Source of the DNA: the human T2T-CHM13v2.0 reference genome, Homo sapiens | Assembly: GCF_009914755.1 (NCBI RefSeq) | Contig: NC_060929.1 | Length of the DNA: 64,000 bases | Strand: one strand, 5' to 3' | Part shown: positions 12,745 through 27,859 of the stretch, in pieces | Layout of the letters: each line of letters starts with the position of its first letter | Position numbering within the stretch: position 1 is the stretch's first letter | Translations under genes and position numbers: made by a program | Notes under the pieces: model-generated | The model's database searches: none | Told to the model about the DNA's origin: nothing | What the model saw: the letters and a program-made list of their open reading frames with translations, nothing else

Positions 12745-12945
12745 ATAATGGCTAATATTTCTTGAACACATGTTATGCTAAAGATTGTTCTAGGCCCTTA
12801 GTTTGTTAGTTATTTAATTATTGCAACCATCCCATGAAGTAGGTACTATTTTCTGCCTCATTTTAAGGATGAGGAAATGGAATCAGAGAGGTAAAGCAAC
12901 TTTCCCAACATCAAAGAGCTACACAGTGATAACACCAATATTCAA
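12745..12945 (-). mobile_element. MIR SINE
   Basis: CATTTTAAGGATGAGGAAATGGAATCAGAGAGGTAAAGCAACTTTCCCAA. Confidence 0.8.
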
Positions 12946-14061
12946 CAGTGATCACCAATAGTGGAGAAATTGAAGGGAGAGGAGGAAGGAGGATTCCAAC
13001 AAAACCAGCCACCTACCCTAGTGATGACTGAAAGATAAGACTGATCTCAAAAACATCTAACTGAATTTGTCTAGACAAAATAAAGAATTTAAAGACTTGT
13101 ACCATTGAGGAATAGCATGGGCTCTCTTTCTTCTAGGAACTTTCAGAGTTGGGTACATGGGTACATAGTATCTGGAAGGTACTGAACTTAGTTTGCCTAG
13201 GGGCAGAAGATACATTACAAATAAGATGCTCACCCTTTTTTTGTTCATATCAGATTTATATGGTAGGTGATCCCCGTAGGGTGTGCTCAGGTTTGTTTGT
13301 GCATGACTCCCAGCCTTGACCTGTTTGTCTCTCCTTCGCTCCTTCACTCGGGGAAGCATATTGAAAATTAAAAGAATGAAAGTGATGTCTCTGGGCCACA
13401 CAACTTTGATGAGCATTATTCTAGTGCCATGAATGGGCTATCTCCAAGGGAAAACCCATGGAGAGGGCTTTGAGGCAATCTGTTACCCTGACCTTCCCAT
13501 GCCCTTACAGGATGTCTGTGGGTACAGTCATGCCTAGGGTTTCAGAGCTGGAGACTTCTTGACAGAAAAATAGGAGTGAGTAAAAGGACAGAGGTAGGAT
13601 AGGCAAACCAAGATCTTGCAAACAAGGTTCAGACATGATAGAGAAAAAGATGGTCATGCCATCTAGCCAGCTCTCTGTAAACCCATGGAAAGCTCCCAGA
13701 CTCACCTGCAGAAGGAAGTCCAGCCCAACCATGGGTCTGGGACACTGGGTTGGGGGTGTACTGAACCTGGATTGGCAACTAGGAGAGCAAGGCAGCTGGT
13801 GGGACAGCATCATTCCCTAACTCTCTTGTGACTGCCCTGGCCCCTCTTTCTCCTGCTTTCTGCTTTCCCTCTTCTCCCATCCTACCGTTCCTATTCTCAT
13901 CACCTTTCATCTCAGTAGTCACTTTTCAGTATCACCAGTGTTGGCAGTGGGGAAGCAGTGAGTAGGAGCCCATACTCCTCATGTTATAACCTGCCAAGTC
14001 CCAACATAACATCCCAAGGTGGGCAATTATAACTGTTTGAAGTGTACTGCAACACGAAATA

Positions 14062-15629
<1,568 letters not shown>

Positions 15630-16294
15630 TATAGAAGTACATGAAATCAGCTACATAAATTGTGAAATACAGTTTAGAAATTTAGTTTTTATGTTATATA
15701 TGCATCTTGTTTGCCTAACAGATATGTGTATGGGTGATGTACATGTGTGTGCTTGTGTGTGTCCATGGAGTGGAGAGAAGTCTCTACCCACCATCATTCT
15801 CCCCATTCCAACTCCCTGGATTTTCCATGAGAACTCTCGGCCTCTTTCCCTTTCTGCCATGGCTTCCTTTACCCTTTTCTTATTTTCCCTCCCAGTAGCA
15901 TCCACCCTCTTCCCCATCTCCTCTCTCTTCTTTTTCCCCTAGATTTCTTCCTTTTCCTCATACTCTCACTTTTCTGCTCCTCTTTGTCTCATTCGTCTTT
16001 TACAGCTACTGTATGATGGAAAATAAAAATGACAAACCAAAACTCTGAGTAACAATTAATCTCTCCCTTCTAACATTTTTTGTCAGAGATTTAGAACATG
16101 CATGCAAAATTTTTCTCTTCTTACAAGGCTTGTGAATTTTTTGTTGGAAATGGTGACATGCCATCACAAAGCTTTGATAAGCAGAAGCTATTAACTGAGT
16201 CCTCAATTATCTACAACTTTTGTGGTGCTCTATTTTTAGGAGGAAGTTAAATGACAAGAGAGCAAGCATAATGAGTTTTGAAAGGATACCCCCG

Positions 16295-16740
16295 AATAGT
16301 AAGCTATTGCCATAAAAATGCTCTATGACGAATAACCTCAAAACTCAGTCGCATAAATAAACTTTTTTTTTTCCCACACAGTGGCAGGTCAGCCAAGGGG
16401 TGGCTGATCCAGGCTGGACTGGGCTGGACTCTAAGCTGCTGGTTGATTCCAGGTCTGTCCCATGAGTCTATCTCCCCTCATCCTTGGATTAGTAGGATTC
16501 TAGGAGCATCTTCTTCTCATAGAGAGGATAAAAGTTGAACCCTGCAGGTGCAATTCAGGCCTTTGATTGCATCACACCTTCTAACATTTCACTGGGCAAA
16601 GCAAGTCACATGGCCAAGCCCAAAGTCAAAGAGTGGAGTACACTTTGCTTCCAGCAGGAGAAACTGCAAAGTTACCTAACAAAGGATGTGACTATGGGGC
16701 AGGATGAAGCATTGGGATCATTAAATTTAAATTGCCACAT
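16295..16740 (-). mobile_element. MLT1-family LTR
   Basis: GGGCAAAGCAAGTCACATGGCCAAGCCCAAAGTCAA; ends CCACA. Confidence 0.75.
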
Positions 16741-17002
16741 CCCCAGTCCTGGGACAGGAACTGCTGCATTTAAAGCCACTAATAGCCAGCACCCTTGGAT
16801 AAAACCTTCACTTTAATAAACTGATGGTATAAGGGTCCCTTTCTTGAGGCTGAGACAGTGAGGTAGAAAGGAAAGCAGGCATGGGAGTGGCTCATGGTAA
16901 TGGGGCACCAAGATAATACTCTTTACTTCTCACAGGGGAGCACTTCCCAGGGCATGATCTGTCTCTTTTCATAACCTTGAGGCTGCCGCTTGTCTACTTT
17001 GA

Positions 17003-17280
17003 GCCTCTTTCCCACCTGTAGAAGGAACACATTGGAAATGGACTGTAGGACCTCAGAAGATTTCTTTCAGACTTTGAAGGGGTTTAAGATTTTGAAATAC
17101 ACACCATAGAACATTATTATTAATACCTCCCTTGGCCTCCTTTCCCACCTGTAGAAGGGGCGCACTGGAAATGGACTGACTGTAGGACCTCAGAAGATTT
17201 CTTTCAGACTTTGAAGGGGTTTAAGATGTTGACATACACACCATAGAACATTATTATTAATACCTCCCTTGGCCCTTCCT
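17003..17280. repeat. 133-137-bp tandem duplication of unique sequence
   Basis: CCCACCTGTAGAAGG...TACCTCCCTTGGCC twice (17011 and 17144), highly similar. Confidence 0.97.
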
Positions 17281-18479
17281 CCCAAAATTGTATTCACCTA
17301 GCAAGACCTGACAGGAGCATTCATGGCTCAGACCACTTGCAAAGTTCATGTAACACAAGCAAGAAGTAAATCTTTGTGTGGTGTATGCCACTGAAGTATT
17401 GGGGTGACTTGTTACTGCGCATAGCCTAGTGAAAGCCGACTTACATAACTTTCCTTTTAGCTTATCAGACTAACGCATACAATGAAGACGACCTTGTAAT
17501 TAAGGTTCCACTGTCTCAAGTAGAAAGACCTATATTTGACATCTAGATCTGACACTGGATTTATTACCTTGGATAAATCACTTGACTTCTAGATCTTATT
17601 TTCCTTGTTTTAAAAAGGAAATAATAAAATATTATGTTTTTTCTAATAATTGTTATTTTTCTACTACAACCATTAATAATCATTGCTACCACTTTTTCTC
17701 CCTTCCTTTTGAGCTCGTATCAGTCACTGGGGCTAAGCATCTTCCACGGGTGGGATATTCACCACAATTTCATGAGGTAGTTTAATTACTCCCATTTTAC
17801 GGATTTAGTACTCAAGATCTTGCAACATCAAGCAATCTGCCCATGGCCACACAGCAGACAAGAGTAGACATACAATGTTGGCTAAAGCAAAGTGTGTTGA
17901 ATTTAGCAAGGGTCTCAACTATACAATTTAGATATGTAATATTTTTATTGTTCTTAATTACAGTACCTAACACAACATCATGCATAGGTGAGAACCTTTG
18001 ATTGTTTCTGGATTTTAAAAATTTTTGTTGCTTCTTGCCACAAGATGGCACCCAAAGCCAACAAGCTCTAACAAGCTACTGGGTCCTGCCCTGAGTCAGT
18101 TCCCAGCACGGCTTTGTCAGATAGGTTTGCAAACAGGCCTCACACCTTGCTCAGACCAGGGGGCCCAACCTGGCAGAATTTATCAGTGTCTATTTGGGTT
18201 CCAAACATCTGGACACCTCAGCCAACACTGGAAACACATTTGGAATCTTTCCCCATATATTTCACATTTTTCCAAATCAAATAACTTTACCTTGGAAACT
18301 TCCACCAAATCTTCTTCTTTTTAGAAATTCCAGAGGTCCTCTTCCAGAAATGATATATCTGCCCACCTCTGGCCTAGTTGTATTATTATAAATGTTGCCA
18401 TTTAATGCAATAAAATAGATATTTAATGTAACTAAAGCTTTTGAGCTTACTGTTACATTAAAAATCCCACTATACTACC

Positions 18480-18645
18480 CAACTATGGCCCATGGGACTG
18501 TATTGTAGGCCAAACCTGGGAGCTTATTAGAAACACAGAATTTTAGGATCTGCTCCTGGCCCACCGGATCAAAATCCGCACTTAAATAAGATTCCACTGG
18601 TGGTTCATATCACATTAGAGTTTGAGAAGATACACAAGAGCCACT
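18480..18645. mobile_element. MER5-type hAT fragment
   Basis: ACCTGGGAGCTTATTAGAAACACAGAAT...AGTTTGAGAAG. Confidence 0.7.
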
Positions 18646-18694
18646 GGCCCACAGGTGATTTTCCTATAAATTAAAAAAAGTGCTTCCTGGATTT

Positions 18695-18928
18695 ACATCA
18701 ATGAAGTATCTAAAATAATCAATTCTATAGAATCAGAGAATGGAATGGTGGGGCTGTGGGAGAGGGGAGAGGGGGACAACTGGTGTAGGTTTCAGTCAAG
18801 CAAGATGAACATGCTCTAAAGATCTGCTGCATGATATTGTACCTGTAATCAACACTCATGCATGATATGCTTACATGTTTATTAACAGGATGTATCTCAC
18901 GTTAAGTGTTCCCATCACAATTTTTTTA
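18695..18928 (+). mobile_element. L1MA/L1MB 3' end fragment
   Basis: GTTTCAGTCAAGCAAGATGAA...GATCTGCTG...TCTCACGTTAAGTGTTC. Confidence 0.75.
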
Positions 18929-19799
18929 AAGTCCTTTCCTATGGACAGATGCTGCCACAAACTGGTGAGCACAGCAGGATTTCAGGTCATATTGTGCATA
19001 TCCTCTCCCTCTTTCTCCCTCTCCCTCCTTCTCCCTTTCTCTTTCCCTCCCACCTTCCATTTCCCCCTCTCTCTATGGTATATATACCCACAGATTCACC
19101 ATCATATACACATATATTTGTTTAATTAAAACACAACAGCTTATCTTGCAAATACGTCTGCAAAAATCACTGTTTAATATTCAGCTACTTGGGATATTTG
19201 TGTCACATCCATTAGTCCTGGTAATCAAAAATTTGTTATTCTCTGAATCCTGGGATAAACATACACCCACTCACAAACTCACACTGCAAAAAGCGTAAAA
19301 AGAATTGATTATGTATGCATATCTCTCTGACTACATTCACACCAACCCAATACAACTTGCATATGTCTTTAAATGTTTTAGGATCTTTTTAAAATGTAAT
19401 AACAAAATATTCTTGATGATTTTTGCTTTAATTCTCATCTTGTTCTCCCTAAGCCTTTTCTGTCTGATGCCCAGTGTCTGAGGAATTAAGTTAAATCCTT
19501 CTGGAAAGCCCTGAGCTGGGCCAAGCTTCCCCTTCCATTATTCCCAGGGACAGTGACGTCCTTGGTTTCAGGTGCTGCCAACAGAGCTATGTGTCACCCA
19601 AAAGAAGAAGGATTACAAAATGGCAAAAAGAGGATCTTGCAGGAGCACAGAGCAGGAGGCAGAGATGTAGAAAGAGAGGAGGAAAGGGGGAGGAGTGAGA
19701 AAGGAGTAGGAAGGTGGAAAAGTGAAGAATCAGTGAGCAAAAGAAAAAAGAGCACTGATGGCACAGAATAATAATTATTATTATAGTAAATGATACGAA

Positions 19800-20300
19800 T
19801 AATGTTTCTCAACTCATGCAGAATTAGATCCAAAGTCCCTGCCAAGGCACATCCCTGTCCTCTTCAGATTCCTTTCAACTCTCCACTTTATCTTCCTCAG
19901 GAATCACTTCCTCCACCCTGCGCTGCTGGGACCACACCCGCCTCACCCCAGGATCTGCCTGCAGGCTCTGGCCTCAGGGACTTTGCACGTGTGCTGCAAC
20001 ATGCTTCCCCACACCTGCATAACTGTCTTCCTCCCTTCGTGAAGTCTTCAGCTCAAAATCTCTTCCCTGACCCACCCTACATAAAACTTCCTAAACTCAT
20101 CTCCCCTAGCCAACCTTTAACCCTGCATGATTTTCCTTTTCAGCCCTTATCACCTCCTGATAGCTTACATGTCTATTTGTTTCTTTGTCTGACTTGCTGG
20201 ATCAGTATATCAGTTCCAGGAGAGCAGGAGCTTTGTTCTGTTTGCAATTGAACCTCCAGCACCTAGGACAGTGGCTGACGCTCAGTGAGGGGAAATCACC
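19800..20300 (+). mobile_element. L2 3' end
   Basis: GCCTCAGGGACTTTGCACGTG...CTCCAGCACCTAGGACAGTGGCTG. Confidence 0.75.
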
Positions 20301-20505
20301 ATTCATGGAGGTGACTGGGGGGCTTACCAGGTGCCGGGCACTCCTCTAAGTGCATTGCATGTATCAGCTTGTTCAATCTTCACCATCACCCTACAAGGTG
20401 GGCTTTTGACTCTAGAGGAAACCGGGGCACACTAAGGTTTCTTTGTTTCCCTTCTTCTTAGACTTTCCCTTAAGTAGTGTTTCCCCACTGGAGGATGCTC
20501 GAGAA

Positions 20506-20726
20506 CAGAGGCTGGCAAACAGCTCGCTGGCCAAATCCATTCTGCTGTGTGTTTTTGTAAAGAACGTTGTAGTGGAACACAGTTGTGCCTATTTGTTTAG
20601 ATATTATCTGTAGCTGTTTTTGTGCTGCAACGGCATAGTTGATTAGTCGTGACAGAAACCATATGGTCTGCAAAGCCAAAAATATTTACTGTCTGATCCT
20701 TTACAGAAAGAGTTTGCTGAACACTG
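20506..20726 (+). mobile_element. MER58A hAT element
   Basis: CAGAGGCTGGCAAAC...GTTTGCTGAACACTG TIRs; 8-bp TSD CTCGAGAA/CTCTAGAA. Confidence 0.9.
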
Positions 20727-20727
20727 C

Positions 20728-21201
20728 TCTAGAAGATAACCCAACATGAAAACAAAGCAAAACGTTTGTGGCCCTATATTGAAGGCAGTGGTTTGACTAT
20801 GTCTTTTCACAATCCAATGGGTTTGATTATGTCTTTCCTATGCATTGGGATGAGTTGAGAGAAAAATACTCCCATCTTGGATTCAATAAATGTGTGTTCT
20901 CATCTTCACTGTGTTCCTAATTAGCTGTGTGTTCTTAGGTAATCATTTCATACCCCTCGATGTCTTTTCCCACTTATCACAATAATAATTCTGTAGTAAT
21001 AGCAATAATTATAATAGTAATAGTAATAATGACTCTTGTTAAATGCCAGGTTTTGCTCTTGGCATTTTACTGTGAAATAATAGTGTGTGGTACTCTAAAT
21101 TCACAAACCTGCTGGATTGTGAAAAGACATAGTCAAACCACCACCTTCACTATAGGACCACAAGAGTTTTGCTTTGTTTTCATGTTGGGTTATCTTCTAG
21201 A
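20728..21201. repeat. 89-bp inverted repeat with 296-bp spacer
   Basis: 20728-20816 is the reverse complement of 21113-21201 with 6 mismatches. Confidence 0.97.
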
Positions 21202-21261
21202 TACTCTAAATTATAATTACTTGGGCTTTTCATAAATATTCTGATTCTGTTCTTACAGGCA

Positions 21262-21613
21262 TGTGGTTGAATTTTGTGTCCAAATCCACTTGTAGGTAAA
21301 TGTGGCCATGGGGCTTGCTTTGGGGAATAAAGTTTTAGAGGAAGTGATACATGTAACTTCTGACCAAACTTTAATGGCCAGGATGCACACATCCCCCATT
21401 CTCTTTACTCATCTTTCCTTCCACTATGGCAACCAGAAATGTTCCAGAAAGTGGGAGCTCTGTCAGCTGGGTCTCAGAGTATGAGCAATGCAGAGCAGAA
21501 CTCCCAATTGAAACCTCATGGTGCATAAACATTAAACATACCTTTTTTAAAAAGCCAGTAAGATTTGGGGCTATTTGTTACTGAAGCACCAGCTAGCCTA
21601 TCCTGACTAATAA
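21262..21613 (+). mobile_element. MLT1 (MLT1I/J-like) LTR
   Basis: TGTGG start; end TTTGTTACTGAAGCACCAGCTAGCCTATCCTGACTAATA. Confidence 0.8.
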
Positions 21614-22212
21614 GATATCCACTGAGATTCTGGTACTGTTCAAATTCTAGAGTTTTAAGAATACAAAGACCTCTTCTTCCTCAAAGGTGGGAACCTATTT
21701 GTTTTTGTCATGGGAAGATGTTACCCCATGATGTGCAGAGGAAGAAGTGATAGGTGACCCTGTTAGTCATATCTAGCATATTTAATTAGGATACAGAGGA
21801 GAGGTGAGGAGATGGACAAGGCTTTTTTTGAGTGAAGACAGTAACAATCCAGTTTAACCTGTTGTTATTTCAGTTATAGTTTTAGGCAATCTTATTCCCA
21901 AATATCTGCACTTGTGGCTATTTTAACATTTCATCCCTGCTGATTCCTTTGGGTTAAGGTTCTAATGGATCTTATTTAAATGTCTATGAATGCACTTGCA
22001 TGCAGGTGTATGATTTTAGGAAGGGTAGTACATTAAGTTATTAGTAATCATAAATAAAAACCAATGCATCAGGTATTATTTATTGGAAGGTAAATGAATA
22101 GGGCCTAAGAAAGATACATTTTGGAAAGGAAAAGTCTCATAGACCGAGATTTCCTGGAAGTGAAGAACCCAAAACAGCTGGGGTTCAAGGTTCCAGGGGT
22201 TATTTAAAGACA

Positions 22213-22923
22213 TGAGCAAATACCTTTCAAAAGAAGACATACGTGTGGCCAAAAAGCATATGAAAAAAAGTTCAACGTCACTGATCATTACAGAAATGGA
22301 AATCAAAACCACAATGAGATACCATCTCACACCAGTTTTCAGAATGGCTGTTATTAAAAAGTCAAAAAATAACCCAGCAATCTCATTACTGGGTGTATAC
22401 CCAAAGTAATATAAATCATTCTGTTATAAAGACACATGCACACAAATGTTCACTGCAGCACTATTCACAAAAACAAATACACGGAATCAACCCAAATGCC
22501 CATCAATGATAGACTGGATAAAGAAAATATGGTACATACATACCATGGACTACTATGCAGCCATAAAAATGAATGAGATAATGTCCTTTGCAGGGACATG
22601 GATTTAGCTGAAGGCCATGATTCTTAGCAAACTAATGCAAGAACAGAAAACCAGATACTGCATGTTCTGTCTTATAAGTGGGAGCTAAATAATGAGAATA
22701 CATGGATACATAAAGGGGAAAAACACACACTGAGGCCTATCAGCGCGTGTAGGGTGGGAAGGGGGAGGAGGATGAGGAAAAGTAGCTAATGGATACTAGG
22801 CTTAATACCTAGGTGATGAAATAATTGGTACAACAAACCTGTGTGACACACGTTTACCTGTGTAACAAACCTACACATCCTGCACATGTACCCCTGAACC
22901 GGAAATAAAAGTTTAAAAAAAAA
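22213..22923 (+). mobile_element. 5'-truncated older L1PA 3' end with about 130-bp internal deletion
   Basis: ORF2 C-terminus plus 3'UTR and poly(A); TSD TAAAGACA at 22205-22212 and 22924-22931. Confidence 0.9.
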
Positions 22924-24187
22924 TAAAGACAAGGTGCCTAGGGTCAAGGGAGGACTGATAGAGAAAAGAGAATGAGGAGGGAGCAGAAAGAAATGTTAAT
23001 CACTTTAACACAACTTTAAATGTCAGTCATACCTAGGATTGGTGTGAGTTTTTAGTTTAAAAAACTAAAAGAAAGAGGTTGGGCATATCATCATTTTTTG
23101 TCCAGTCAATAGTAAAAAAATCAACTTGGCACAAATAAAGGGGCAATAGGAATTATTTTAATAATAAGCATGAGGAGTACATAAGCCATGTACTTTTATC
23201 CCTTTGCATTTTTCATCAGAATACTTTCAGACTGCATGCTTCAATTTAAGTGCAGGACATCTGATGTGTAACATGGTCCTCTGGCTCAGATTGACACTTT
23301 CACTACATGTAGGCATTGGCTGGAATTATTTTGCAAGTTGGAGATTATTTCACATCGTTCCAGAATGGGCAATTAGGGTCTGTTTTAAGATGAGCTGTGG
23401 GTCAAGCTAAGGTATGAGTGGCCTTTTGCATGACCAGCAAAGACAAAGCTGAGTGTCAGCCACCACGGAAGAGGGTCTGCATCTGAGCAGGAAATGTGGC
23501 ACGTGACTGTGTGAGGTGTGGCCCCTGCTACCAACAGCAACAGCAAGCCTGAGTGAGCACTCTGCCAGGCCCACGCAATCCTTCTCTGAGAATGCTGGCC
23601 ACCAGGCTGCCATGTTGCCCAGCTCCTAAGGTACCATCCACTCCTGTTGTGACTGCGAGGGCTTTCCTCATATAAATACAGCATGAATGTGCTTCTGGGA
23701 GTTGTAAAAAGTGGTGGCCTTCTTGGTCCCTAAACTTTTGTGAGCATGTCACCTCTGATGCCATGGAGATTGACTAAGTTTTACAAGGCATGGGCCAAGT
23801 TTCCAAAGCTAAATCGTCTGAGGTCAAGCCGGGGGATGTGGGGACTCCCAAGAAGCTAATGGGTGACAGGAGATGGAGTATGGCTTTGAGCTCATGTCGT
23901 GTATTGGAGCCAAAGAAGGCTCTGGTGCTAGAATAGGATAAGGAGTTTTGAAAAGTGTCAGAACCCCTTGCTTTGTTGGGCAGAGCCAGATGAGAAGCGG
24001 TCCTCCTGGGACAAGCCTCAAGAGTCAGGACGGTATATTTCCAGGTGCCCAAAGGAATGGGACACACCGTTTACACATCACAGGAGTTTAGAGGAGAGAA
24101 GGTTAGGTGGGCTAAGTGATGTCATTTCTCCCAGTGTGCTTTTCTTTATTTTCTTTGACTTTGAGCATATATTTATTTTACAATCAC

Positions 24188-24540
24188 TGTCTTAGACAGT
24201 TCAGAATGCTATAACAAATTGTCATAGACTACTGGGTGAGTTAAACAATAGAAACTTATTTCTCACAGTTCTAGAGGTTGGAATTCCAAAAGCAGGACAC
24301 CAGCCTGATTGGGTTCTTTGTGAAGGCCATGTTCTTGTTGCCTCTCCAGAGGCTGGAGAGCAGGGATAGAAAAAGAATCCTCTCCTGACCCTTCTTACAA
24401 GGACACAAATCCCATTCATGACGGCTCCACTCTCATGACCTAATTACCTCTGAAAGGACCCAGCTCCCGAGACCATCACATTGGGTGGTTAGGATTTTTA
24501 TATGAATTTTGGGAGGACACAAATATTCAGTTGATAATAA
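24188..24540 (-). mobile_element. MLT1A-like LTR
   Basis: TGTCTTAG...GCTATAACAAA...TATTTCTCACAGTTCTAGAGG...GGAGGACACAAATATTCAG. Confidence 0.85.
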
Positions 24541-25824
24541 TAAAAGAAAATAATATCTGTTTCTTTTTTAGCAAACTTAGCTCAAGCATGTTGATAAAAG
24601 AGGTGGCAACTCTATAAATACACACCATGAATTTACTATTTATTATCTACATTAAGTCACAATAATGACAATAAATTACATACATACAATTATGTTATAA
24701 TTATAATTTAAAATAATTTATTTACACAAATTATTCATGATCCTAAGGATTCGTGAGTATCAGCAACAGCATAAACTTGGTCATCTCTCTCTGGACGGAT
24801 GTCTAAGGACAGAGGACATTTCCAGCATCCAGACCATCAAGACATGTGAGCTTCTTGTGCCCAAAATTTTGGCATGTCATCTTAACACCTGTGCTTGGTT
24901 TATCTAATTCCTTAGTAATTATTAACTGTATTGAAAATTCTCATATCCAGTACACCTCTGGTTTGAGGCAAGGTTTTTATTACAGAAATTCATTTCCCTG
25001 ACCCACCAGTATTACTTTGATGTGTTCTGGTTTGAGAGTTAGAAACCTAAATGCTATCCGTGTTTCTAAGCTTAAAATTTTTGGAACAGCCACTATATCC
25101 ATTTGAAAATGTGGACATTCAAATTAATCGGTTTTTGCCTCAGTTGTTTGAACTCAAAATACATTCAATAGCAAAGAGAAGTCACATCACATCTGAAGCC
25201 CTAGGCAGGTGGGATTTTTAGCCCACATTATTCTCTAGTGGGAGGAGGATTTCTTTATACCAATATGCGTATGAAAAATGTGAAAAAAATTCACATTTTC
25301 TATCTTTTCTTCCTTGTATGTTTCTCAACATCCTTTCTCCCCTGTTTCTATGATTCCTTAATTGTATTACTTACAGAAGCTCTGTAAAGTGCTTAGAGGC
25401 ATGGTTTATAGGAAAGATGTCATGTAAGATGATGGTGTCGTGTACACAGCTGTACTATGTCAATGTGAAGCATTTTGGGGCATGAGGAACACAGAATTCT
25501 CAGCAGCAAATGAAAATGAAATGAACAAAACATTTTTCAATTCATTGGAAAGTGATTTCCTGTAGTACCCATGAGTTCAGAAAACACATTTAGTTTCCTC
25601 TACGAGATGAATCAGAAATGCAAAAATAAATATTAGGTCTAAAATGGTAGTAACTTCTAAACTTGGACCTAAAAGAAAACTTGAATTCATTAAACTTATT
25701 TATAGGTGAGAATATTGATACCTAGATAAATTAAAAGGCTTGCGGAAGATCTCCCAGGCAGCAGAAGAGCCCATCTTAGAACCCTGGTACCTTATCTCCC
25801 AGTGAAGTGTCCGTTTCTGTAGGC

Positions 25825-26034
25825 CTCGGGTGTTCATTCTTTTAACTTACCCGGGCCACATTGGAAGAAGAATTGTCTTGGGCCACATATAAAATACGCT
25901 AACACGAATGATAGCCGATGAGCTTTAAAAAAAAATTGCACTCTCATAATGTTTTAAGAAAGTTTCTCAATTTGTGTTGGGCTGCATTCAAAGCCGTCCT
26001 GGGTCACATGCAGCCTGTGGGATGGACAAGCTTG
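25825..26034 (+). mobile_element. MER30 hAT element
   Basis: GGGCCACATTGGAAGAAGAATTGTCTTGGGCCAC; TSD CTGTAGGC/CTGTAGAC. Confidence 0.9.
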
Positions 26035-27859
26035 CTGTAGACTATATTGTCTTGCTCTTTCTCCAGCAAAGGGTTGACTTTATATGACCTCTGTCTTCCA
26101 GTCAGATGTGCTTCATTATAGCATCAGAATTTGGGTGCCATCTGGACACAAACCTTAACAGTCTTCCTCCCAATCACTATACATGATATAAGGAGCACTG
26201 GAAAAAGAAGCACAATTCTGCTGGCTAAACCCCCTTGAAAAAAAAAATGAGCAACAATTATGACAAAATTAAGACACTGGATTTTAAAAAGCACTGATAT
26301 GAAAGCTTTGATTCATGCTCATGAGCAGTTCTAAGCAAATTTTTCATTCCCAATTCTACCTCTTCAGAAACTGAAATGTTCACCAGTTGGAGTTCATTTC
26401 AAAGTGAAAATTCCAATTCAGTGAAGTTGAGATGAAGATCTGAGTTGACTCTTGTTTTATGATGACCGAAGTTTCTTATCCTTGCCAACTTTTCCTTTTT
26501 TCTTTTTTGTATATTAATGATGCCTCTTTTTCTTCCTCTAAGTTTTAGCTCCATAAAACACCATATTTAACTGTTCTACTTGCCACAGTCTAAACAATTC
26601 TCCAATCAAATAGTTCTGCCTAGCACAATACCTCCTCTCAGAAAGCCAAAAACATAGATATGGAGCGAACAAAGTGCAACTGTGTTAAAGTTGTTTAATA
26701 GCCCGCCAGTGAGCAGCCCACCAATAAGGGGGGCACAGGAGAGGGGGTGGGGATGGAGGGGAAAGCATAGACATCCAAATCAAAAGCACAAATTTTGTCT
26801 TCAGAAACAAAGTTAAAGGATACCTTTTTTAAAAGGATCCTTGGGATAAGAATGCAAAGTGTGACCTAATAATATAGACTCCAGCGTCAGCACTTCTCAG
26901 GGAGAGAAAGCTGTCTTATCCGGAAAAGTTAGATAGATGGATGGCTGTTGCCACGGGGGTTTTTAGCTGCCCACAGAGAAGCTCTCTGAGAGTCACTGTG
27001 ACATTTTGGGGTGCCCATTAGACAGATAAGGACATCTCACCAGTCCAGTGAGATCAAAGGAGTCCCATTGGTGTGGCCAGAGAGTCTTAACATCCTTGAA
27101 ATGGTTGCTCATCTTCAAGTTGCTCCTTATTCTTTAGTGGTCAGGAAAAACAAAGGAATTTTGGTTGGGGGCAGGGGAATATGGAGGCGTCTGGAAAAAA
27201 GGGACTGAAGCTAAGGAAGAGAGTTTAACAATAAGCCATTGATGATGAAGAATGTCAGAGATGAGGCAGAGAAGATATTAACGGAAATCATGGATGGATT
27301 TGAGGCAAAGCAGAATGGGATCAGATCAAGGGGACCCAATAGAAACAGCGTTCTGGCTTTTCATCTTTAGGCTTCTATGGGAATGTGTGCACCCCGACGG
27401 TTGCACGTGCAAATCAGCTTAATGTCACAGAAAGAGATGTGTTCCCTTTTCTATTGAGTTATATGAAGCACTAGATGGAGGGATGTTTTGAAGTAAAACT
27501 ACGACTTTTCATTTGGTAAGATTCATTTATCGAAAATGACAATGACATAGCCTGTAATACATTGCTGAATAGTGTGTCAAGGGTAAAAATGGAAGTCTTG
27601 GAGATTTAATTAGTTGTTTCTAAATTATGCTCTTATTTGGAGGGAAATTTAGACCTTCATTTTTCATTCATTGTTAGAGTATCTTTCTACTGTATTTGAT
27701 GAGCTCTGTCCAGGTGACATGCAGATATTTGTGACCCTTCTGCTGGTTTCATATTTCTCATCCAGACCTAACTTTACAAACCAGAGTTAGTTTCATTGTC
27801 CCTTTGGGTAATTTTCAAATATTGGAGTACATAGGTATGCAGTGAAAGCCTGTTAATTT

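Noticed and set aside
17003-17280. CRISPR-like or array interpretation of direct repeats
   Set aside because: Only two contiguous copies with no spacers; eukaryotic context
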